Origin: a virus
DNA length: 37,256 nucleotides
Virus record (IMG/VR): IMGVR_UViG_3300023223_000105
Location: 1-37,256 of that record
Direction: 5' to 3' (one strand)
Both the position numbers and the translations under genes were made by a program. Under the pieces are notes generated by a model, which saw only the letters and a program-made list of their open reading frames with translations, ran no database searches and was not told where the DNA came from. The stretch's first letter is position 1. Each line of letters starts with the position of its first letter. Shown piece after piece: positions 6,262 to 15,663 of the stretch.

Positions 6262-6626
6262 TGAAGGAAACAGCCAAGCAACGCTCAATACGCCAGAACA
6301 ACTACCGCTGGGGTGTTGTGGTTAAAACTGTTATGGACGCTATGAATCTGGAGCTTAAAGCAAGGGGTTGTGAATATCGCCTCAAGTCCGAAGATGTAGA
6401 CCTGTTTATCAAAGACCACGCACTTGGTATAGTACATAGGATAAAAACCTCGATCGGTGAGTTCATTATAGTGGGGAAATTAAAGACCAGATCTCCAGGT
6501 GACTTTGAAGAAGCTATGGAGCAGATTAGGGCGCATTTTGCACAACTTGAAACCAACCCTATATATATTGCCTTACCGAATGAACCTACTTACGATGATT
6601 TAAAGGATAACCTAGATAGGGAGTAA
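6261..6626 (+). CDS. NinB/Orf-like recombination mediator (tentative), 121 aa.
   Basis: N-terminal RSIRQNNYRWGVV resembles the RS.DQN..LW motif of lambda NinB. It lies in a recombination gene context and has a TGATG overlap with the upstream gene. Confidence 0.5.
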   Translation: MKETAKQRSIRQNNYRWGVVVKTVMDAMNLELKARGCEYRLKSEDVDLFIKDHALGIVHRIKTSIGEFIIVGKLKTRSPGDFEEAMEQIRAHFAQLETNPIYIALPNEPTYDDLKDNLDRE

Positions 6627-6798
6627 TCACATGGCGCGCACATGAGAAGGCTATAATGACCACCCCCTTCAACGCAAATCAGGGAAGATGAGCACATGAA
6701 ACGCTACTGCATGTATTTTCTAGCAATCTTGGCTATCGGCCTAATGGTGCTGATTACAGGAGCTTCTATATATGGAATGAACGTTTATATCTTGGGGG

Positions 6799-7164
6799 CT
6801 ACTTCTTCCACTCCTTTATTCCCTTTTCAACTGACCGCCCAACTACATAACCTCCGAGACCTACCTTAATAATATCCAGCAATGCAATTTCTATTGACTC
6901 TGTGACACCAGGGGCAGTGAACCCCATCCACTTGGCAACAATCAGTCCCACGAATGTCATCATAGTGAGGGGGCGCCAGTTGCGTTGTAGCCAGCTATCT
7001 CCGTTTATCTCCCCTAGAACAACCTTCATGGATGAATGTATTTCCCTAAGGTTGCCGGATTGCTCTTGCTTCATAAGCTCCAATTTTGCTGCAGCCCGCT
7101 GTTCTGGGTCTGGTATGATTTTATCTATTAAACCTAGTCCCAGTTTTATAACATCAAATATCAT
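6799..7164 (-). CDS. Holin, GTA-type 3-TM family.
   Basis: LIDKIIPDPEQRAAAKLELMK ... SWLQRNWRPLTMMTFVGLIV fits the 'holin of 3TMs, for gene-transfer release' pattern. It is the last gene of the long leftward unit. Confidence 0.65.
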   Translation of the reverse strand: MIFDVIKLGLGLIDKIIPDPEQRAAAKLELMKQEQSGNLREIHSSMKVVLGEINGDSWLQRNWRPLTMMTFVGLIVAKWMGFTAPGVTESIEIALLDIIKVGLGGYVVGRSVEKGIKEWKK

Positions 7165-7565
7165 GGCTCTAACCTCTTGATTTCAAGTGTGAATGGTTGG
7201 TGTTTTATTATCTTGCGTAGCTCCTTCATGGCATCCCCCGAATGTAGTACCATAGGGTCATAAAAGGCGGGATCAACTCCTGTTCCTGGGAGTATACAGC
7301 CACTGGTGTTACGTTCGTAGTTTCCTTTATGGAATAGTATTCCGGATCTGGCGGGAACGTCATGAACCTTATAAACATCTACGTATTTCATACTACTGTA
7401 GGAGGAGCAATCATATCTCCCCTCTGGGATACAGGATACATTGCGCCTATTGTCCTTCCAGGGGTTCTCCAGGGTGAAGATAGGCCAGTGGTCTATGCCC
7501 TTGATATTCAGCATACCAAAGGTTACAGCGTCATTCAGGAAGAATCTTGTGAGGGTTATTTCCAT
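7161..7565 (-). CDS. DUF5675-family protein; candidate endolysin by position only.
   Basis: TLENPW..N...SCIPEGRY ... VPARSGILFHKGN....TSGCILPG matches the DUF5675 signature. ATGA overlap with the holin. Confidence 0.6.
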   Translation of the reverse strand: MEITLTRFFLNDAVTFGMLNIKGIDHWPIFTLENPWKDNRRNVSCIPEGRYDCSSYSSMKYVDVYKVHDVPARSGILFHKGNYERNTSGCILPGTGVDPAFYDPMVLHSGDAMKELRKIIKHQPFTLEIKRLEP

Positions 7566-7567
7566 AT

Positions 7568-7963
7568 CTATCCCATGAAATGGTTACCTAGGTAACCAAA
7601 TGCGGAAGCTAGGCATACAATCAAAACATATTTTGCTCCACTGTTCCATAACATTTCCTTTCTAGCCTCCCCCCGGGCTTTGTCTTTTTCTACATAATCA
7701 ATAGTGACCTGATGCTCGTTCAACCGACCCATCACATCCGAATGTGCCGTTTGGAACTCATCAAAACCATGAGACATCTGTAGAGAGAGTGCATCTATGG
7801 ACTCTTTGGTCATCTTCTGTCCTGCGTTCAGATCATCTGTGTGGCGATCTTGACGCTTGTTAGAGGCAACTTGCCCCCCCTTTATCTCTATAATCTCTCC
7901 ATGGTCAGAGTTTACTTTATCCTCTACCCTCTGAACCCAAGCTTTTGTTTCTTTTAGTGTCAC
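7568..7963 (-). CDS. Coiled-coil protein with C-terminal membrane anchor, 131 aa (possible lysis accessory).
   Basis: C-terminal hydrophobic segment AKYVLIVCLASAFGYLG. It is adjacent to the lysis genes. Confidence 0.5.
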   Translation of the reverse strand: MTLKETKAWVQRVEDKVNSDHGEIIEIKGGQVASNKRQDRHTDDLNAGQKMTKESIDALSLQMSHGFDEFQTAHSDVMGRLNEHQVTIDYVEKDKARGEARKEMLWNSGAKYVLIVCLASAFGYLGNHFMG

Positions 7964-8226
7964 TCTTCCTCACTCGCCACCCAATCTTCCGGCCTTGCGT
8001 CATGCTCTGTAAAGCCGGGGATCAGCACCGCCTCAAGCTCTGCCAGTGTTTTACTATGTTTTTCTTCCGGCTTCGCAAATCCCCATTTGTCCTCCGTGAT
8101 AGATTTACTCACATCTGCCCAGGTGTTCATAGTATACCCATTCTGAATAGGGCAACCATAAACCACATTCACAGCAGCTAAAGACGTATCTGCGTCCGCC
8201 TGATTGTCCCATGTTAAAAATGCCAT
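7960..8226 (-). CDS. Hypothetical protein, 88 aa.
   Basis: Track ORF 7960..8256. ATG 8226 (MAFLTWDN..) lies 6 nt after AGGGG and does not overlap the upstream gene. Confidence 0.6.
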   Translation of the reverse strand: MAFLTWDNQADADTSLAAVNVVYGCPIQNGYTMNTWADVSKSITEDKWGFAKPEEKHSKTLAELEAVLIPGFTEHDARPEDWVASEEE

Positions 8227-8234
8227 AATTACCC

Positions 8235-9164
8235 CTATACTAAAGTTATTGCCCATTTATTAGATAAATAATTCTCGACTGCTGATATTTCTGCTGTTGA
8301 TAATGAGCGGTCATACAGGATTATTTCGGCACAATCCCCCGTGAAGAATAAATCTGCATCACGGAAAGAGAATAAGAACATTTCATCTATGCCGCTTTCG
8401 TCAGCTCCATTCGCATCTGTTGTTTCCGCACTTCCATTAACAGCTATAGCTTGCGTTGTTCCGCTCCTACGCCCCCGTATGATATTCCAATTGGTATTGG
8501 TATTACCTGTCTTTGCAACTGGAGAATTAGAAGTGCTACTAACAAAATTAAGAGTGCCGGCGGTGGCACTGTATTGTATATAGTACCTACTTCCAGCCCC
8601 CTCGCTGCCATTGAACAGCCTTTGTATTGCTGCCGTCTCTGAGGCTATTCTTGAGACTGTAAAGATGGTATTGGCTCCCATTGTAATATTATGCAATGCA
8701 CTTGGCATCTTTAAGGTGTCGCCGCCATCAGCGGTAATTACGTTCAGGAAATTTTTGGTAGTGGAACCCGTAGTTGGCTGCTTTGAGCCAGTGCTTTGTA
8801 CGTCCGTATTATTACCATTACTCGACTTATCAGCCCACTGGCTGACGCTACCACCAGATTGAACTATATTTGTAGCCGACGTGTCCGCAGCATCAAACCA
8901 CAACTGACACCCTTCCAGTATAATTGGCACACCCCCAACAGACTGCCAATTATGCGCACCCGCTAAATCTGCAAATTCCTGCTTAAGTCCATCGAGATTA
9001 GTTGAACTACTGCCCGTTCTATCTTGAAGCCATTGGATAAAAACACCATTAAACTCCCCGGTAAAACTCTCAGTGGCAGCGGCTGTTAGGAAGTCGGTAT
9101 TATAATCACTAGCACTACCCCCAATAGCCCTAAAGAACGCTTGCATGTCGCCTTGTTGTGTCAT
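8235..9164 (-). CDS. Tail fibre / receptor-binding protein with LamG (concanavalin-like lectin) domain, 309 aa.
   Basis: LWFDAADTS...VSQWADKSSNGNN ... GDCAEIILYDRSLSTAEISAVENYLSNKWAI is the typical Laminin_G_3 pattern. Confidence 0.7.
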   Translation of the reverse strand: MTQQGDMQAFFRAIGGSASDYNTDFLTAAATESFTGEFNGVFIQWLQDRTGSSSTNLDGLKQEFADLAGAHNWQSVGGVPIILEGCQLWFDAADTSATNIVQSGGSVSQWADKSSNGNNTDVQSTGSKQPTTGSTTKNFLNVITADGGDTLKMPSALHNITMGANTIFTVSRIASETAAIQRLFNGSEGAGSRYYIQYSATAGTLNFVSSTSNSPVAKTGNTNTNWNIIRGRRSGTTQAIAVNGSAETTDANGADESGIDEMFLFSFRDADLFFTGDCAEIILYDRSLSTAEISAVENYLSNKWAITLV

Positions 9165-9176
9165 TATTTTTCCTCT

Positions 9177-9440
9177 CTAAAGAGCGTTAACATCGTCAAT
9201 TATATCATCTATTTCTGTTGACCTTGCGTTGCATATGACAACATCAGCAGTATTATCAGTTATTTGCTGGTTCATACTAGTACTAGCTATTACTAGCTGC
9301 TCACTTTCTTTCGTCAATTTTTCTAAATAAGTAGATTCCAATTGTGTATAAGATGTGACAGTTTGCACACCACTAACCAAGTAATCCTCAACCACATCCA
9401 CATACGAAGGATCAACATTTAATGTTACTGTAGTTCCCAT
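9177..9440 (-). CDS. Hypothetical virion-module protein, 87 aa.
   Basis: Track ORF within the tail gene block. Confidence 0.6.
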   Translation of the reverse strand: MGTTVTLNVDPSYVDVVEDYLVSGVQTVTSYTQLESTYLEKLTKESEQLVIASTSMNQQITDNTADVVICNARSTEIDDIIDDVNAL

Positions 9441-9449
9441 AACTTTCTC

Positions 9450-10184
9450 CTATTGTGTCCATTTCTCTAGATATAATCTTCTGTAAAATAAATATGCCGT
9501 TTCATCCTCTGAACTTAATTGGAAATCTATGTCGTACGTCCCGATAGTCAAATCTACCAGAGTAAAATCTGCCGCAATCATTCGTAAATCGGTAGCATCA
9601 TCTGCACCACCCATGAATTGATACCCTCTAAGATCTGTGTTTTCTACAGCATTGATTCTGACTCTTGTTCTGTGTTGTTTATCTTTCTTCTCATGCCGCC
9701 ACTGATAAACAACTCCCAGTACATAAGTTGCGTCCTCTACAACAATAAAATCTTTCTGCAGAGCGTCGGAGAAAGTGGAAGATGATGTACTAATCTCATT
9801 ATTGGCTGTGACGAAGTCTCTTCTTAACTGGAGAGTAACATCTGTTACAATTATCCACTGATCATCTACTAATTCAAATATGATAATCTGATTGTCGACA
9901 TTTATTACATATTCATCTGCACCTTGTATCGTTGTCGAATCAGAGCCGTGGGGGATAACTGTAACATTATTGGTAGCTGCGTCACCCTGGTCAATAATCC
10001 ACACCTTCTTGCCATTTAATACATCCGTGCCAGAGCTATCTGGAAGCTCAATCTCCACTGCATTAGACGTAGTATCAACACCCACATACTCTATCAATGA
10101 CGTAAGTGTCTGGTCTGCAGTGTAAGTGGCCTGTATACGATCTTGCGCCCACCTGAAATAGAAATCACTCTGTACTTTAGCCAT
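9450..10184 (-). CDS. Hypothetical tail-associated protein, 244 aa.
   Basis: Track ORF, abutting the neighbouring tail genes. Confidence 0.65.
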   Translation of the reverse strand: MAKVQSDFYFRWAQDRIQATYTADQTLTSLIEYVGVDTTSNAVEIELPDSSGTDVLNGKKVWIIDQGDAATNNVTVIPHGSDSTTIQGADEYVINVDNQIIIFELVDDQWIIVTDVTLQLRRDFVTANNEISTSSSTFSDALQKDFIVVEDATYVLGVVYQWRHEKKDKQHRTRVRINAVENTDLRGYQFMGGADDATDLRMIAADFTLVDLTIGTYDIDFQLSSEDETAYLFYRRLYLEKWTQ

Positions 10185-11464
10185 TATCTTCTCTGCTTCG
10201 TTTTTGCGTCCGTGAATATCACATTAGTAGGATTGCTGATATTTCTTGCTCTTAATTCGTATGTGTCATCTTCTTCCAGCAAAACATTTTCCTTAGGATT
10301 AAAGTCAGGCGATGTCGGGGTTTGGAATACCGCACCCAATGTATGCTGCACCCGGCTATTTGCAACCTCAGCATCGTTTTTAAACAAAGCCACTTGTATA
10401 ATATCTGTTTCAATATCAGGTTTCATTAAAACTTTAGCTGATCCCACCAGATCGGTATATATGGCTTCCTTACCTTCGTACGTACTAACCCCATCCGCAT
10501 GCGATGCTCTTTCAGTATAACCATCAATATAAGTTCCCGCGATCTTTACCCATGTGGAGGTGTCGGCAAATACCGTCTCAGTGGTGCCACCAGTGAATCC
10601 GGTAGAACCCACCCAATAACTATCAAGAACATTAGCAACCCTGGATACCGTAATAAACGGACTGGTTTGGTCTAATCCTCCAGCCTTAAACATAGTGCCA
10701 CCGGCAGAATCATCCAATAATCCAGTATTTATCTGGAAAGTCTGAGCTGTGGTAGCTGAATCAATGTTGAATATAGAACCACCACTGATAGGTTTAACTT
10801 TTGTTACATCAAAGAAAGCACCTCCAATTGTACCAGAAACATCAAATACTACATCTGTAGTAGTCGGAGCAACCTCAATAGTATCACAGAATATACTTCC
10901 AGTAGTTCCTGAAATCTTGTAACCAATACCCTCACTTAATATGAAATTTTGTTCTGAAATCTGTAGTATAGAAGCGTCAACAATATCCCATCCGTCACCA
11001 TTGAGCACATAACCTATATTTTCCGTAGCTAAAGAGACTTGGTTAAGATTGCCTACAGCATCAAATCCCTGGATTCTACATTTCTCTATAACCAAAAGAG
11101 GGAAAACATTTGGAGCGTCAGTAAGGTCGAAACATTTACCACCATTTGCAGATACTAGATCAACTCCTTCAAACGCAACCCTTGATAATTCTCCTGAGAA
11201 CAAAGTGCGACCTGGTAATATTTCGGTATTAATCCCATTGGCTACTGTATTTGTAGTCATGAATGTTATTCTGGCGGTAGGATCAAGTACAAATTCCACA
11301 TCCTCCCACGAGAATCCATTTGTAATGTTATAGCCAATATCCCCAACCAAGGTGATTATATTCCCGACACGGATGGAGTCAAAAACATTTAAGGATGTCA
11401 CATTAACAGTTTTACTTGCTAATATTGATGACGTATCAGTACTAAACTGTTCTTGATGTCCCAT
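10184..11464 (-). CDS. Tail spike/fibre-like protein, 426 aa (beta-rich, possibly beta-helix).
   Basis: Gly/Thr/Asn/Val-rich repetitive beta-type sequence. Located in the tail block. Confidence 0.6.
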   Translation of the reverse strand: MGHQEQFSTDTSSILASKTVNVTSLNVFDSIRVGNIITLVGDIGYNITNGFSWEDVEFVLDPTARITFMTTNTVANGINTEILPGRTLFSGELSRVAFEGVDLVSANGGKCFDLTDAPNVFPLLVIEKCRIQGFDAVGNLNQVSLATENIGYVLNGDGWDIVDASILQISEQNFILSEGIGYKISGTTGSIFCDTIEVAPTTTDVVFDVSGTIGGAFFDVTKVKPISGGSIFNIDSATTAQTFQINTGLLDDSAGGTMFKAGGLDQTSPFITVSRVANVLDSYWVGSTGFTGGTTETVFADTSTWVKIAGTYIDGYTERASHADGVSTYEGKEAIYTDLVGSAKVLMKPDIETDIIQVALFKNDAEVANSRVQHTLGAVFQTPTSPDFNPKENVLLEEDDTYELRARNISNPTNVIFTDAKTKQRR

Positions 11465-11931
11465 TATCGTCTACGCCACTGCAAGGTTCCGCCCACTAAT
11501 CGGTCAGTATTAAATTGAGTTGATATATCTCTCTCCGATACATCGTCAATATTAAACCCGTCACCCCTATAAGTTAATTTATCATTCAGTGACGAATCAG
11601 TCTTTTTGATACTTATTTCATCAAACTTGACTAACGGATATAAAATTATAATTGGTAATCCAGCACTACAATCCACATCTAATATCGTTTTTCCGTTACC
11701 AGGTCTTATAATGGTAAAAGGACTATCGGTAAAATCAATCTCTACAAGATTAGGGGTAAGTGGGCCTATAACTACCCATTCCGTCCCGCTCCACCTTTCG
11801 ATAAAAGAACCTGTATCCCGTAACGAACCAACCTCTACCTCTCCAGCAACGGCATTATCTAAATCGAGGTTCTTACCAAGTCGGATAGTTCGACTAAATT
11901 TAATATCAGTATTTACATGTTTAACTCCCAC
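11464..11931 (-). CDS. Hypothetical tail-associated protein, 155 aa.
   Basis: Track ORF; 1-nt overlap with the downstream gene. Confidence 0.6.
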   Translation of the reverse strand: MGVKHVNTDIKFSRTIRLGKNLDLDNAVAGEVEVGSLRDTGSFIERWSGTEWVVIGPLTPNLVEIDFTDSPFTIIRPGNGKTILDVDCSAGLPIIILYPLVKFDEISIKKTDSSLNDKLTYRGDGFNIDDVSERDISTQFNTDRLVGGTLQWRRR

Positions 11932-11940
11932 CGCATCCTC

Positions 11941-12264
11941 TTATTTTGGGTGCTTTGATTTAATTGCATCGTCACGCTGTTTCAAAGCGTCATATCCGTT
12001 GTCTATGAGATATTCCATTTGTTCTTGCCAGGAACCACGCTCTTTGTTGCGTGCCACCATAATCCTTTCCCGCTCACGTTTGGGGGCTTCAGCCATGTAT
12101 TTATCTTGTTCCGCTGTGTATGTAGCAAGCTCATCTCCTTGCAATAGATACACTCCATGACCATCCAAACGTTTACCACCTTTATCTAAACGCGGATATT
12201 TACCTGCGTTACTTCCGCATATAGCGTCATCAACTACTTCAGTGCCGTCGTGCAATGTTTTCAT
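11941..12264 (-). CDS. Hypothetical protein, 107 aa.
   Basis: Track ORF between tail fibre genes. Confidence 0.6.
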   Translation of the reverse strand: MKTLHDGTEVVDDAICGSNAGKYPRLDKGGKRLDGHGVYLLQGDELATYTAEQDKYMAEAPKRERERIMVARNKERGSWQEQMEYLIDNGYDALKQRDDAIKSKHPK

Positions 12265-12265
12265 G

Positions 12266-13669
12266 CTAGCTATTCCTAATTCCTATTAACGTAAATGTTC
12301 CTGTAATTGTACCAGCAGTTAATGACAACTCTAATCCTGTTATAGCTCCAGTGTCAGTCTTATAGAATCCTACAGTAGTTCCTTGTCGTACTACAGTTGC
12401 CGATCCCAGCACATCAAAATCAAATCTAATAGGCTTAAAAGATGCTGTATCGCTAGGATTGGGTAATGTTATTAATAATGCGCTTCCTGCTGTTGTGCTT
12501 GCATTGGCGGCATTTAAAATGGAGCTATCACCCGTCGAGCCTGTACCATTCGCTGTTGTCGAATCGCTGGAATTATTAAGGGTACAATACACATAATCAG
12601 TTGCCCCGGATTTTATCGCAGCAGCCACCTCCACCCGGACGCGCATATCCCCACCACCACTCTGATCTATATCAGCCCCTCTCAACTCATAGTAATCAAA
12701 TGTACTATCAATGCCTGTATTGAATGTCACCGTACTGGCTGCGCTAGGAGTCTGAGTCTCAATAACGCTGGTAGCACCCGCTACAACTGCAGTGCCATCA
12801 GCCTTAGCAATATTTGTAACTATAACAGTGTTAGCTGCTATTGATTGGCATTCCAGCACATCCCCTGCCGCTGTAGTGAAGTTAGCACCACCAGGCAGTA
12901 TAATCGAGGCACCGTTTGTTAAGGTTAGTATCCCATCAAATTGCAATGTGAACTTTCTGTTAGTCGCAACAGTCATAACACTAAAACCAGTGGTGCCAGT
13001 CACATCAAACATATTACCATCAGTATCCACCACTAAAGGCGAGGCAGAAGCTAGATCACCACCTTTATCCCAACCTATATAATTACTATTAGGGTCTAGG
13101 AACCCCCCCAATTGAGGGGTTGGGTCATCTACAACGGCGGTTATTCCAATTTCAGTTTGGAATACAGTGCCGTCATAAGTGATGGTAACAATCTGATCTA
13201 TAATAATATCATTGGCAATCAAATCGGTTGTATCTGCCGACTTTTTAATTGTCTTTGCACCCAAGCCATTAACATTAACCGTAGCTGCACCTGTATTAGC
13301 AAAATTAGCTTTAAACGTAAATGTCTGCCCCGAAACATATGCAGCGGGGACGGGTGTTAATGTCACAACATAAGCATTAGCTGAGCCTGTAGAGGTGACA
13401 TGGGTTTGTACTGCATTCTGAATATCACTCGCAATAGGAAAGTCACCCACAAGAGTAGCTGTTGCGCCATTCTTGAGCTTATTACCACCCATATCAAGGT
13501 CGGCAGTAGCTGAATTCTGACCGTCCTTGGTCATGCAGTTGTTTAAACCACTAGTGAAGTCATTGTCATTTTGATCGTGCCTATCAGCACGGATTTTAAT
13601 GCCGTTGATTTGATCTTGTACCCAGCTGTGGGTTTTTTCGAATAGACCACTTCCATTCCAACCTGCCAT
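12266..13669 (-). CDS. Tail fibre protein, 467 aa.
   Basis: The N-terminus (SWVQDQINGIKIRADRHDQNDNDFTSGLNNCMTKDGQNSATADLDMGGNKLKNG) matches the conserved tail-fibre N-terminal pattern (D...GL..C...DG....A.L.MGG..I.N). Confidence 0.7.
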   Translation of the reverse strand: MAGWNGSGLFEKTHSWVQDQINGIKIRADRHDQNDNDFTSGLNNCMTKDGQNSATADLDMGGNKLKNGATATLVGDFPIASDIQNAVQTHVTSTGSANAYVVTLTPVPAAYVSGQTFTFKANFANTGAATVNVNGLGAKTIKKSADTTDLIANDIIIDQIVTITYDGTVFQTEIGITAVVDDPTPQLGGFLDPNSNYIGWDKGGDLASASPLVVDTDGNMFDVTGTTGFSVMTVATNRKFTLQFDGILTLTNGASIILPGGANFTTAAGDVLECQSIAANTVIVTNIAKADGTAVVAGATSVIETQTPSAASTVTFNTGIDSTFDYYELRGADIDQSGGGDMRVRVEVAAAIKSGATDYVYCTLNNSSDSTTANGTGSTGDSSILNAANASTTAGSALLITLPNPSDTASFKPIRFDFDVLGSATVVRQGTTVGFYKTDTGAITGLELSLTAGTITGTFTLIGIRNS

Positions 13670-15663
13670 TATTGTAACTCCTTCACTGCATCTTGTAGGA
13701 TTAATTTCTGATCTTTTGCTGCGTTTTTAATCAATCGCTCTAATGCCTCTATTCCGGCATCTCTATCCGTTAGTATCTTTGCAAGCTTTGTTGCGTTTTG
13801 GGAGTTCAATCCTGTCCAGCGTCTCTTTGCTGCACCTGCTATGCTCTCGACTGCTTTCTCTATGGACGTTCTTATCAGACCCTGCCTTGTCGCCTGACTT
13901 GCTGCGTCTATAAATTCAACGTCATTTGCAATATTTATATCTGTACGACTTCCACCAAGAACCCTGAATTTTGTCTTAGCAGCCCGTATTTCCTCAGTCA
14001 TCCTCTTGGTAAACTCGTTAATTTGTTTACCTTCACCAAATACAGCTTTTATTTGATCACGCTTGAATTGGTTGCCAAAAACACGTTTAGCAGGATCGGC
14101 CTGATCTGCGGTTGTAGAAACAATCTTTTGTAGATTCTCCCTAACGCCTATTTTGAAGGCCTCCTTCTGTGTATTATCTAATTCCCTTAGAAATATTTTT
14201 AATTGTTCTGGTCTGTGTTTGGTAAAGTCTAAACCAGCCTGTTGTGCATCTTCTAAAGATTTAAAATCACTGAATACCTTACGTGCTCTTTTATACGCTC
14301 CTCCTTCTGGCTTAAAAGAGCGGGGGCCAGCACGAGCGGTTATATCTGCTTTATCTAATTCTCTAACCAAACCTTTCTTCATACCTGACAATATCCTAAC
14401 ATTATCAGCTTCTCCGGTTCTGATTGCCACCCCTATCTGATCATCAAGTGATCTTTTAACGTAATCCAAAGAACGCAAATTTAATCCCCTACCAATTGCA
14501 CCCGTACCCTCTATTCCAGCTAAACGTATTTGTTCTCCTAGTTCTTTATCTGGCACAGCTAACAGAGACCTATCATTCTGCATCTTTACCACCGCTTGTT
14601 GTAAAGCCCTTCTACCGGCGGGAGTTTCAAGAATCCTATCAACTTCCTTCGAAACAATGACTTTATTTGCTTTGAAGGCTTCCTTGTATAAAGGAGTTGC
14701 GATTGTAGCGCGCGCTTTTGCTAAGTCATCTAAGTTACCAAAATAGCTTTCTACATTAGATATATTCTTAGACAATGCAGTTGATACACGCCCCACAGCT
14801 TCCTCCGAACGACCCTCCAGGGCAGACGACACTATATTCCTTGCGCCACCCGACACCTTACCAACGGCTCTCGTAAATCCTTGAATCTCATCACCCGCAA
14901 CATCAGCCAATACAGAGATTTCGCCACTCTTTAATTCTTGTAACGCTTGCGTTGCATCCGTCGCGCTTATTCGATTAGCTAAAATACTATCAGCATCGAC
15001 ACCCCTTGCAAGTCGCGCTCCCACCTCTCCAGCTTTTGCAACTCCTTCTCCAGCAGCTTCCGCACCCCTGGCTACACCACCAACCACACTAGGCACTACA
15101 GAACCAAACGCTTCCGCACCTCTTTCTACGCCCTTTCTAGCCAACGTTGCGCCACTCACTCCCTTTATTGGGGTAGCAAATAAGGCCACATTAACAACGC
15201 TCTTAATATTTCTAGCCGCTCTTGGATTGTTCTTTTCAAATTCCGCAAATGCTTCGGTGCCGGATTGTAACGCTTGTATTCCAGCTTGACCGACAGAGCT
15301 TTGTAAGAACTCAGTTCCCAGCTTACTCAAGCCCTGCTGTGCCTCTTCCGGCAATGCTGCAAACCCCGCTCTTGCGGTTTCTGCAATGGCTTGCCCAGCA
15401 ATATCACCAGCAGCACCTATTTCTGTCCCGGCTACCTGTAACAGCGTCTCAGGCAAAGTTTGTTCAGCAGCTCCCTCACCTGTAAATACATCAGCTAATT
15501 GTGCTCCACGTGCTTCTTGTGCTTCTGTGAACCTGGTAAGGAACCCTTCTTCGGGGCGTGATGTCTGCGTGATAAATGCTTGCGCTTGCTCAGGGGTAGT
15601 GCCTTCGGGGACTTCAAAGCGTCCTATTCTACCATCTTCAAACTGTACCCGTGCTACTGGCAT
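13669..15663 (-). CDS. Large internal virion / ejection protein, 664 aa.
   Basis: Ala/Gly/Gln/Glu-rich and largely helical. Its position between the nozzle and tail fibre genes is typical of podovirus core proteins. Confidence 0.6.
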   Translation of the reverse strand: MPVARVQFEDGRIGRFEVPEGTTPEQAQAFITQTSRPEEGFLTRFTEAQEARGAQLADVFTGEGAAEQTLPETLLQVAGTEIGAAGDIAGQAIAETARAGFAALPEEAQQGLSKLGTEFLQSSVGQAGIQALQSGTEAFAEFEKNNPRAARNIKSVVNVALFATPIKGVSGATLARKGVERGAEAFGSVVPSVVGGVARGAEAAGEGVAKAGEVGARLARGVDADSILANRISATDATQALQELKSGEISVLADVAGDEIQGFTRAVGKVSGGARNIVSSALEGRSEEAVGRVSTALSKNISNVESYFGNLDDLAKARATIATPLYKEAFKANKVIVSKEVDRILETPAGRRALQQAVVKMQNDRSLLAVPDKELGEQIRLAGIEGTGAIGRGLNLRSLDYVKRSLDDQIGVAIRTGEADNVRILSGMKKGLVRELDKADITARAGPRSFKPEGGAYKRARKVFSDFKSLEDAQQAGLDFTKHRPEQLKIFLRELDNTQKEAFKIGVRENLQKIVSTTADQADPAKRVFGNQFKRDQIKAVFGEGKQINEFTKRMTEEIRAAKTKFRVLGGSRTDINIANDVEFIDAASQATRQGLIRTSIEKAVESIAGAAKRRWTGLNSQNATKLAKILTDRDAGIEALERLIKNAAKDQKLILQDAVKELQ

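Noticed and set aside
6696-6869. Plus-strand 57-aa hydrophobic ORF (MKRYCMYFLAILAIGLMVLITG...) after the NinB-like gene.
   Set aside because: It has only a weak SD, and its last 70 nt run antisense through the 3' end of the well-supported holin gene. The first 35 codons could be a real small membrane peptide, but I cannot support it.
8235-13669. A diversity-generating retroelement targeting tail fibre/LamG genes, as in BPP-1-like podoviruses.
   Set aside because: There is no reverse transcriptase ORF, and I could find no template/variable repeat pair near the fibre genes by eye.
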